Shown here in pieces: positions 56,656 to 64,000 of a stretch of DNA of 64,000 nt. Position 1 is the first letter of the stretch, and every line of letters begins with the position of its first letter. The stretch comes from Armatimonadota bacterium (lineage in GTDB: Bacteria; Armatimonadota; SYMT01). The notes below the pieces were generated by a model. It ran no database searches. It was given only the letters and a program-made list of their open reading frames with translations, and had not been told where the DNA came from. The translations under genes and the position numbers were made by a program. The stretch lies in NCBI GenBank assembly GCA_041690135.1, contig JAWLHY010000020.1:1-64000 (forward strand), read 5' to 3'.

Positions 56656-58482
56656 ATGGATCGACGGAACTGGATACGACGCGGCGGCTGGCTGGCGGCC
56701 GGAGTGGCCGGTCTGGTAGTGGGAGGGACGCTGCTTCCTTCACCTGGAAAGAAGACCGAACGGAGCACAAAGCCGGGAGCGCGGGGCACGGCTAACTACA
56801 GCGTCAGCGTGGATCTCCGCGATGCCCTGAAGCAGGCGGCCCGGAAGCGGGCGGATTTGAAGCGAAGCGCCAGCCGGCGTGCCGGGCAGGAAACTGCCAC
56901 CCACGCGCAGGCGGTTCCGGCGACAGCGGGGCAGCGGAAGCGCGGGTCGGCGAGCCTTCCCTCCGGTGGGCGCCGGCAATGGAAGCAGATCCCGGAGTTC
57001 CACCGGCGCGGATTTGAGCAGTTGAAGGCGCAGGCCAACGCGGGCCGCAACGGCCTCCGGGCGATGCAGACCCTGTTCATGGCCCAACGAGACCGCGCGG
57101 CCACGAAGGCGATCAACGACCGGAACAAGCGACCAAAGGCGAAGAAGTATGAGGGCCTCGGTTACCGCGACGAATTCCCCGAATCGTGGCAACCGCCGGA
57201 CCCGGTCTGCGCCGCCGGTCCGAACCATGTTCTGGAGGCCGTGAATGACGATTTCACCGTGCTGGACAAGCGCGGGCGGGTGGTCCTGGACGATGGCGCC
57301 GGCAACCACTCCCTCGACTTCAACAGCTTCTTTGGGACGATTCCGGGCAGCGAGGAAGTGGACTGGTTCGATCCTCGCTGCCTCTATGACGAAAGTTCGG
57401 GCCGATTTTTCCTGGCGGTCGCCGGGCTGGACCTCCTGGAGTTCGACGAGTCCTGGTTCGCGGTGGCCGTCAGCAATACTTCCGATCCTACCGGTACCTG
57501 GACCATCCACGGAACCCGCACCGACCGCGATGGCAATACCCCGTCTGGCGACTTCGGCGACTTCCCGGATATCGGCATCCGGGGAGACTTCTTCGTAGCC
57601 TCCTTTAACCAGTTCGACCTGGTCACCAACGAGTTCCAATATGCAAAGGTTCGGGTGTTCAGCAAGGCCGCGCTGTTGAACCCCGGGTCGGTGAGTTACG
57701 TCGACTTCATCAATCTCCAGGAGGAAGACGGCAGCCTCGCCGATACCCTGCGCACCTGCAAACACCGGGGTGCGAACGATGCGTTCTACATGGTGAGCTG
57801 CAAGTTCGATAGCGGCAATACGGCCTCGATCTGGCGCCTTACCGGGACTCCGGCCAATCCGTCCCTTTCCTCCACCATGGTTGGCGGCCTGGCGCCGTAC
57901 GGCATCCCCCCGGCGGCGCGGCAACCCGGCGCGCCCACTTCCCTTTCGTTCAACGCCATCGATACCAGCGACGCCCGCCTGTTCTGCGCGGTGGCCGAAG
58001 ATAACCAGATCGTCACGGCCCATAACACCGCGTACCTCTGGCCAAAGAGCAGCGAGCTGGAATGCGCCATCCACTGGTTCCAGCTCAACGCGGAGGCGGG
58101 CTTCGAGGCGGTTGTCCAACAGGGAATCTACGGCGGGAAGGGCTTCGACTACTATTACCCGGCCCTGGATACCTCCGCCGGCAAGAGCCCCGGAATCGCG
58201 ATGGTGTTCAGCCGCAGTGGCCCCCGCGAGAACCCGGGGGTCCGCACCACCTCCCGCAACGCCCGTCTCGCGGCCGGACAACTCCGCCCCAGCAAACTGC
58301 TGCGGGCCGGGAACGGGCCCTTCACCCCGGAGGACGACTTCCTCCGTTGGGGCGACTACTCCGGCGCCGACCGAGATCCGGCCAACCCCGCCCAGGTGTT
58401 CCTGGTGGGTGAATACTCCAACACCCGGCTGGCGAATAATCCGAACGCCTGGGGAACGCAGTTGGGGGTAGTCAAGCCGTAG
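56656..58482 (+). CDS. secreted hypothetical protein (Tat-like signal; PPDP...RWGDYS beta-propeller-like family)
   Basis: MDRRNWIRRGG plus hydrophobic stretch; PPDP..AAGPNH, FDPR..YD, AVS.T.DP, DFP, RWGDYS. Confidence 0.7.
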   Translation: MDRRNWIRRGGWLAAGVAGLVVGGTLLPSPGKKTERSTKPGARGTANYSVSVDLRDALKQAARKRADLKRSASRRAGQETATHAQAVPATAGQRKRGSASLPSGGRRQWKQIPEFHRRGFEQLKAQANAGRNGLRAMQTLFMAQRDRAATKAINDRNKRPKAKKYEGLGYRDEFPESWQPPDPVCAAGPNHVLEAVNDDFTVLDKRGRVVLDDGAGNHSLDFNSFFGTIPGSEEVDWFDPRCLYDESSGRFFLAVAGLDLLEFDESWFAVAVSNTSDPTGTWTIHGTRTDRDGNTPSGDFGDFPDIGIRGDFFVASFNQFDLVTNEFQYAKVRVFSKAALLNPGSVSYVDFINLQEEDGSLADTLRTCKHRGANDAFYMVSCKFDSGNTASIWRLTGTPANPSLSSTMVGGLAPYGIPPAARQPGAPTSLSFNAIDTSDARLFCAVAEDNQIVTAHNTAYLWPKSSELECAIHWFQLNAEAGFEAVVQQGIYGGKGFDYYYPALDTSAGKSPGIAMVFSRSGPRENPGVRTTSRNARLAAGQLRPSKLLRAGNGPFTPEDDFLRWGDYSGADRDPANPAQVFLVGEYSNTRLANNPNAWGTQLGVVKP

Positions 58483-58510
58483 TTGGCGAGAGGTTCTCAG
58501 GTCGGTTACA

Positions 58511-58560
58511 GTGGTCGTAGGATTTCCCGGCACCGGGTTTTGGGAGACCCTACGACCCAC
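58511..58560. repeat. GTAG-type REP-like hairpin
   Basis: ggtcgtagg-atttccc...gggagac-cctacgacc inverted repeat immediately upstream of asnS. Confidence 0.5.
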
Positions 58561-58569
58561 TGAAACACC

Positions 58570-59970
58570 ATGATCCGACCAGGTGAATACATTCGCGACC
58601 TCTTCCAGAAGCCCGTAGGCACCGCGGTCTCCGCGCACGGCTGGGTGAAGACCCGGCGGGACAGTAAAGGCGTTCACTTCGTTCAGTTGAACGACGGCAG
58701 CGGTTTCCAGGACCTGCAGGTGGTCATCGACGCCGGGGCCTTGCCGGAGGAGACCATGAAGCAGGTCACCACCGGCGCTTGCGTGCGGGTGGACGGGGAA
58801 TTGGTGGAGTCGCCCGCCGCCGGACAGGCCGTGGAGCTGAAAGCGCGAGCGATCCACGTCTTTGGAGGGGCCGACCCGGCCACCTACCCGCTCCAGAAGA
58901 AGGGGCACACGATGGAGTTCCTGCGGGAGATCTCGCATCTCCGCACGCGCTCCAACACCTTCGGCGCCGTGTTCCGGGTGCGGAACGCGCTTTGCCACGC
59001 CATCCACCAGTTCTTTCAGGAGCGCGGGTTCGTTTACGTACAAACGCCGATCATCACCGCTTCGGACTGCGAGGGCGCGGGTGAAATGTTCGGCGTAACC
59101 ACGCTGGACCTGATGAACGTGCCCCGCACCCCCGAGGGCCAGGTGGACTACGCCGAGGATTTCTTCGGCAAGCCGGCCTTCCTGACGGTCAGCGGCCAGC
59201 TCGAAGCGGAGATCTTCGCGCTGTCGTTCACCAACGTCTACACGTTCGGGCCGACCTTCCGGGCGGAGAACTCGAACACGCCGCGCCACCTGGCGGAGTT
59301 CTGGATGGTCGAGCCGGAGATGGCGTTCTGCGACCTGGACGGCAACCGGAAGCTCGCCGAAGAGTTCCTGAAGTACATCATCGCGTACGTGCTGGACCAC
59401 TGCGCCGCCGACCTGGAGTTCTTCAACAAGCGGATCGACAACACCGTCCTCGAAACCCTCCAACATGTAGCTGCCAGCGACTTCGAGCACATCACGTACA
59501 CGGAAGCGGTCCGGATTCTGGAGAAGGCGCGGGACAACGGCAGGAACTGGGAGTTCCCCATCCATTGGGGCGCCAACCTGCAGGCGGAGCACGAGCGTTT
59601 CCTGGCGGAAGAAACCTTCAAGAAACCGGTTGTCGTCACGGACTACCCCAAGGAGATCAAGGCGTTCTACATGCGCCTGAACGAGGACGACAAAACAGTC
59701 CGCGCCATGGACGTCCTCGCCCCCCGGATCGGCGAGATCATCGGCGGCAGCCAGCGTGAGGAACGTTACGACGTGCTGCTGGAAAAGATCCGCAAGCAGG
59801 ACCTATCCGAAGAAGCTTACTGGTGGTACCTGGAGCTTCGGAAGTATGGCAGCGCGCCGCATGCAGGCTTCGGGCTCGGGCTGGAGCGGATGCTGATGTA
59901 CCTCACCGGCATGAAGAACATCCGGGACGTGATCCCGTTCCCCCGCACGCCCGGATCCGCCGAGTTTTAG
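58570..59970 (+). CDS. asnS: asparagine--tRNA ligase
   Basis: [53 protein letters not shown]. Confidence 0.98.
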   Translation: MIRPGEYIRDLFQKPVGTAVSAHGWVKTRRDSKGVHFVQLNDGSGFQDLQVVIDAGALPEETMKQVTTGACVRVDGELVESPAAGQAVELKARAIHVFGGADPATYPLQKKGHTMEFLREISHLRTRSNTFGAVFRVRNALCHAIHQFFQERGFVYVQTPIITASDCEGAGEMFGVTTLDLMNVPRTPEGQVDYAEDFFGKPAFLTVSGQLEAEIFALSFTNVYTFGPTFRAENSNTPRHLAEFWMVEPEMAFCDLDGNRKLAEEFLKYIIAYVLDHCAADLEFFNKRIDNTVLETLQHVAASDFEHITYTEAVRILEKARDNGRNWEFPIHWGANLQAEHERFLAEETFKKPVVVTDYPKEIKAFYMRLNEDDKTVRAMDVLAPRIGEIIGGSQREERYDVLLEKIRKQDLSEEAYWWYLELRKYGSAPHAGFGLGLERMLMYLTGMKNIRDVIPFPRTPGSAEF

Positions 59971-60206
59971 GTGGCCGTCATCCCGCCGTTTCCCAGGCCC
60001 ATCCGGCAACTTTCGTCGGATGGGCCTGTTTACTTATTAGTCGAGAGATCACCGAAATTGTGTCCACCAAAAGATAGGTAGCGGTTCCTGTGCAAACACC
60101 TGTATCCTTACCGCGATATCGTGCGAAGAGGCGAATTCTTTGCGGTTCGTGGCATACTCCGTCCTGTACAGCGGACTTCGCACGTACCATCGCGTAAGGA
60201 GCCCCT

Positions 60207-60740
60207 ATGAAACAAATCTACTGCATCGCCGCCTGCGGTACCCTGCTCGCCCTGTCTCTCACCCAGTCTTCTTTCAGCCGGCCCTCGGACGGGCTTCCGG
60301 CCAGTGAAGTCAAGCGGGGCCTGGCAATCAGTCCCGTGGAACTGAGCCTTCGCGGCAGGAACAAGAGCCTCATCGGCCGCGGCAGCTACATCGTCAACGC
60401 GCAAGGCGGCTGCAACGACTGCCACACCTCCCCTTCCTACGAGCCCGATGGAAATCCCTTCGAAGGGGAACCGGAACAGATCAACACGGAGAACTACCTG
60501 GCAGGGGGCCAGCAGTTCGGTCCTTTCACTTCCCGCAACATCACCCCGGACGCCCAGGGTCGACCGGCCGGGATGACCTTCCAGGAATTCAAGACGGTCC
60601 TGCGCACCGGTATCGATCTGTCCGGCCACCGTCTTCAGGTGATGCCGTGGCCAGTGTATGGAAAAATGACCGATCAGGACCTCAAAGCCGTTTATGAGTA
60701 CCTGCGGGCCATTCCGCATGCCGAGCCGCCGGCTCCTTAA
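60207..60740 (+). CDS. secreted monoheme cytochrome c
   Basis: AAGGAG RBS; signal peptide; RG.Y...CNDCH, NITPD, MPW, DLKAVY.YLR. Confidence 0.9.
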   Translation: MKQIYCIAACGTLLALSLTQSSFSRPSDGLPASEVKRGLAISPVELSLRGRNKSLIGRGSYIVNAQGGCNDCHTSPSYEPDGNPFEGEPEQINTENYLAGGQQFGPFTSRNITPDAQGRPAGMTFQEFKTVLRTGIDLSGHRLQVMPWPVYGKMTDQDLKAVYEYLRAIPHAEPPAP

Positions 60741-60757
60741 TCCGGGTGTACACAACA

Positions 60758-60798
60758 ACGGCGCTCCCCAACGAAAGCAGTTCGTTGGGGAGCGCCGT
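60758..60798. terminator. perfect 18-bp hairpin between convergent cytochrome genes
   Basis: acggcgctccccaacgaa-agcag-ttcgttggggagcgccgt. Confidence 0.75.
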
Positions 60799-60818
60799 GA
60801 TCTTAACCCAGTTCTCCG

Positions 60819-62174
60819 CTACAGGCTGCGGAGGAAGGCGACGAGATCCTGGATCTCCTGTTCGGAATAGCCGATCGTGAAGCGCTCGTCGTAGAACTCC
60901 ACCACCTGCCGCAGAGTAGCCGCCGACCCATCATGGAAAAAGGGAGCCCGGGATGCGAGGCCCCGGAGCGGCGCGATCTTGAACCGGTCCATATCGGACC
61001 ACTTGCCGGTGATCAAGGCGCGACCGGGATCCGTCGTCTGGTGGATTGCCCCCGTGGAGAGGTTCCGCAGCGTATAGAGCGGGATATCCGCGGTGCGCCG
61101 AGCCGCCGTACTCAACCCCAGGTCCATAAACGCCCCCAGCGAGTTACTGCCCACATTCGGAGCGTTATGGCATGTGCTGCAGGTGACCGTGAGCGTAGGG
61201 AACCCCTGCACGTCGTTGAGACCACCTACCCCTGAAACGGCAAAACGCTTTCGGTTGAAGCTGGCCTCTCCCCGAGCGATCGACTCCCGAATTGCCGCCT
61301 GACCCGGATCGACCCCCTTGTTGCGGGTGAACGCTTTGAAGAGGGTGAAGACCTCCGGGTTGAACAGCGGTCGCCGCGTGCGGAACGGATCGTTGATCCC
61401 ATCCCGGTAGCGCTGGGCGGCGAGCCGCTTCGGCCCGCCCCTTGCTCCCTTTGCGGTCAGCGATCCGGCAAGGTCATCCGTCACCTGAGCGGTGAACAGC
61501 GCCGACTCGAAATTCACGATCTGCTTCAGCACGGCCGCACTGGGTTCCGCCGCCGCCTGCGCGTGCCCCATCGTGGCGCCGCGTGCCTGATCCGCCAGGT
61601 TTTGCGCCAGCGTCTTGCCAGGGGTGGCGTTGCGACCGTCCCACATGACCGTGCCGAGGAACTTCAGGTTGGTAGCCGGTAAGGGCCGCCGGTACAGTGA
61701 GAGTTCGGCGGCGGACGCAAACTGGTAGGGATCATCCACCGCTTCCAGGCTGAATTCGGCGCCGGAGGGGATCGGCAGACCCACACGGATCAATCCACGC
61801 GTGCGCAGGAGCCGATAGGCCTCCCGGCGTGCGTCCACGGTGGAGACATCAGCATTCGGGGATACGGAGCCATCGTTCGTCCGGAAAAGTGGGTCCATGC
61901 CCTCCGTGGCTTCGAACCGAGCCTCGATTTCGGGGGGAGAGAGACTCCAGCCGGTGGACTCCACATGACAACTGGCGCAACTGCGGCCATTGGTCCCCAG
62001 GCTCTGAAAGAAAGGGTTGGTCGTATGGATGCGGCGCTGGCGCGTGTGGGTGAGCGCGGTGCCGGAAGGGTTCGGCGCCGGTTGTGGGCTGTTTGGGCCG
62101 GCAGCCACGGGAAGCAGGATCCCTAACCATGGCGCGCCCAGGCAGGCGCAGATTATTCGTTTACGAGCGGTCAA
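60819..62174 (-). CDS. di-heme cytochrome c peroxidase/MauG superfamily protein
   Basis: CASCH and CSTCH; MWDGR; DPGRA..TG, FK...LRGL..RAPFFHDGS. Confidence 0.88.
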   Translation of the reverse strand: MTARKRIICACLGAPWLGILLPVAAGPNSPQPAPNPSGTALTHTRQRRIHTTNPFFQSLGTNGRSCASCHVESTGWSLSPPEIEARFEATEGMDPLFRTNDGSVSPNADVSTVDARREAYRLLRTRGLIRVGLPIPSGAEFSLEAVDDPYQFASAAELSLYRRPLPATNLKFLGTVMWDGRNATPGKTLAQNLADQARGATMGHAQAAAEPSAAVLKQIVNFESALFTAQVTDDLAGSLTAKGARGGPKRLAAQRYRDGINDPFRTRRPLFNPEVFTLFKAFTRNKGVDPGQAAIRESIARGEASFNRKRFAVSGVGGLNDVQGFPTLTVTCSTCHNAPNVGSNSLGAFMDLGLSTAARRTADIPLYTLRNLSTGAIHQTTDPGRALITGKWSDMDRFKIAPLRGLASRAPFFHDGSAATLRQVVEFYDERFTIGYSEQEIQDLVAFLRSL

Positions 62175-62366
62175 TGGTCATCACTCCCAGCTTGCGGGCT
62201 CGCTTGCCATCCTAACAACAGCGGCGCCTCGCATAAAGTGCCGCCTCTCATTATCCAACACAAAGCGCCCGCCTGGTATGGTCCTTTGGTCGCAGTTTCT
62301 ACGAACCTGCCGGACATGGGTAACATCCGTACAGCGATATTCGCTGGACGTCCGAAGGGAGGAGAT

Positions 62367-63290
62367 ATGGCGGGAGTTTGCGCGACGCCGGAGACGGGGC
62401 TGACCACCACCCAGGCGCCCTTCATCGAACAGGCCCAGCGGGCGGGACAACTCTACATTCACCAGCCTTACGACCTTTACTCGGCCGACAACCATGAGGC
62501 GTGGCGGCGGCTCTATGCGGGCATGGAGCCGCTCTGGCAGCACTACGCCAACGACCATTTCCTGCGCGGCATCGAGAACCTCTGCCTCAACCCGGACCGG
62601 GTGCCGAACCTTCGCGACGTGAACCGCTTCCTGGAGCCGCTTACCGGCTTCCAGGCGAAGGCCGTCAGCGGTTACGTCCCGGCCTTTGCCTTCTTCGATT
62701 GCCTGCGCAACCGGGAGTTCCCCACCACCATTACCATTCGGGATGTCCGCACCCTGGACTACCTGCCTGAACCGGATATCTTCCACGACATTGCCGGCCA
62801 CGTGCCGATGCACACCGAGCCAGCCTTCGCTGACACGCTGGTTCGGTTTGGGGATTGCGCCCACACGGCGGCCGAGATCGTCGCGGGCCTGCGAGATCCG
62901 GACGAACAGGTCCGGCGCATCACCAGCATCTTCAAAGCGCTCGCTCGGTTCTTCTGGTTCACTATCGAGTTCGGTCTGATGCGGGGTCCGCGCGGGCGGG
63001 GCCTCAAGGTCTACGGCAGCGGATTGCTAAGTTCACGCGGCGAGATCGCCCACTGTATCGAGGCGCCTGAGGTGCAGCGCTATCCCATTCAACTCGCGTG
63101 GGTGATCAATCAATACTTCGAGATCGACCACTACCAGCCGCTCCTCTTCGTCGTGGACTCGTTCGACCACCTCTTCGCACTGGTGGGTGAACTGGAAACC
63201 TGGATGAAACAAGGAAAACTCGACAACGTGGCGCCCGGAGAACCGCACATGAGCGAAGCGGATGTCCGGAGCTTCCTGCACTTTCAATAG
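62367..63290 (+). CDS. phhA: phenylalanine 4-monooxygenase (pterin-dependent aromatic amino acid hydroxylase)
   Basis: GGAGGAG RBS; YLPEPDIFHDIAGHVP, WFTIEFGL, YGSGLLSS.GE. Confidence 0.9.
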   Translation: MAGVCATPETGLTTTQAPFIEQAQRAGQLYIHQPYDLYSADNHEAWRRLYAGMEPLWQHYANDHFLRGIENLCLNPDRVPNLRDVNRFLEPLTGFQAKAVSGYVPAFAFFDCLRNREFPTTITIRDVRTLDYLPEPDIFHDIAGHVPMHTEPAFADTLVRFGDCAHTAAEIVAGLRDPDEQVRRITSIFKALARFFWFTIEFGLMRGPRGRGLKVYGSGLLSSRGEIAHCIEAPEVQRYPIQLAWVINQYFEIDHYQPLLFVVDSFDHLFALVGELETWMKQGKLDNVAPGEPHMSEADVRSFLHFQ

Positions 63291-63319
63291 CGTCGACCAT
63301 CTTCCAGGGCGGGATGCCG

Positions 63320-63395
63320 GGTTGGAAGGTTGAAGGTTGGAGGTTGAAGGTTGGAGTTTGAAGCCCCCCTCGGGGGCCAGGGGTTGAAGGTTGGG
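63320..63395. repeat. heptamer tandem array (GGTTGRA)n
   Basis: ggttggaa-ggttgaa-ggttgga-ggttgaa-ggttgga-gtttgaa ... ggttgaa-ggttggg. Confidence 0.8.
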
Positions 63396-63577
63396 CAGGG
63401 TGGTTCAGTTTTCGGAGTGGTCGGATCGGCAGCCCCGGAGGGGCGACAGAGATCGGGCGCCCGCATGCGGGCAGGGGGGGTGAGCGTAGCGCTGCCCCCG
63501 GAAGATACGGTGACCGCCCAATTTCGAGCCCTGGAAGGGCGGCAGAGGGCAGCATCTGCGAAAACTGAACCGCCCTG
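63396..63577. mobile_element. 182-bp MITE with 22-bp terminal inverted repeats and 10-bp flanking direct repeat
   Basis: left CAGGGTGGTTCAGTTTTCGGAG versus reverse complement of right CAGGGCGGTTCAGTTTTCGCAG (20/22); GAAGGTTGGG at 63386-63395 and 63578-63587. Confidence 0.8.
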
Positions 63578-63691
63578 GAAGGTTGGGGATTGATTGGCGG
63601 GCGGGTGGGTTTACGAACTCTGGGTGATTGCCTAAAACCGAGAATGATCGAAATCTGACAAGAGTTAGAAAAATCAAGCTCGGGAGTAAGG

Positions 63692-64000
63692 ATGGCGACA
63701 GCACTGAAAGAGAGACCGCCGACAGATGCGACGGTCCGCAGCGAGCGCCTGGATGGAGAGACGGCGGCCCGGATTGCCGGACTACGTTATGTGGACGATA
63801 GCCGCCCCGGAATCCGGCGCCGAAAGCGTGGGCGGAGCTTCAGCTATGTGCGGGCTGACGGGAGAATGGTCACCGACGCGGCCACCCTGAAGCGGATCCG
63901 CTCTCTCGCCATCCCTCCCGCCTGGACGGAGGTGTGGATCTGCCCCACCCCGAACGGCCACATCCAGGCCACCGGCCGCGACGCGAAGGGAAGAAAGCAG
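63692..64000 (+). CDS. DNA topoisomerase IB (5' part, truncated by the window end)
   Basis: manual translation: AGLRYV.D..PGI.R...G..FSY...RIRSLAIPPAWTEVWICP.PNGHIQATGRDAKGRKQ. Confidence 0.93.
   Translation, partial: MATALKERPPTDATVRSERLDGETAARIAGLRYVDDSRPGIRRRKRGRSFSYVRADGRMVTDAATLKRIRSLAIPPAWTEVWICPTPNGHIQATGRDAKGRKQ

Noticed and set aside
56740-59592. 950-aa minus-strand ORF
   Set aside because: Antisense shadow spanning asnS and the upstream gene; stop-poor because of codon bias.

Overview
GC-rich bacterial chromosomal window. The gene content (sulfatases, DUF1501 proteins, a long MlaD, System I cytochrome c maturation) suggests an Armatimonadota/PVC-like diderm; this is an inference. 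It is mostly metabolic and housekeeping DNA. In order: a sulfatase/DUF1501/glycosidase-like cluster (0.6-9 kb); an uncharacterised ABC-exporter operon with TPR- and thioredoxin-fold fusions (9.4-15.3 kb); mlaEFD-rplI; thiD with a HAD phosphatase; UDG, PP2C, HDAC and acyl-ACP desaturase genes; glyA under a clear ZMP/ZTP riboswitch; an ECF sigma/anti-sigma pair; araB-rsmE; a hemA-ccsA-hemC-cobA/hemD plus ccmABCDEF block; asnS; two c-type cytochromes; phhA; and a truncated topoisomerase IB gene. Items the ORF track does not show include a 37-aa ccmD, a probable CTG start for thiD, a 182-bp MITE carrying REP-like hairpins (63396-63577), several degenerate 6-8 nt tandem-repeat arrays in intergenic DNA, and a membrane-anchored metallo-beta-lactamase-fold protein that has lost its metal ligands. 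I saw no rRNA, tRNA or CRISPR array. All calls come from motif recognition by eye; no database searches were run.
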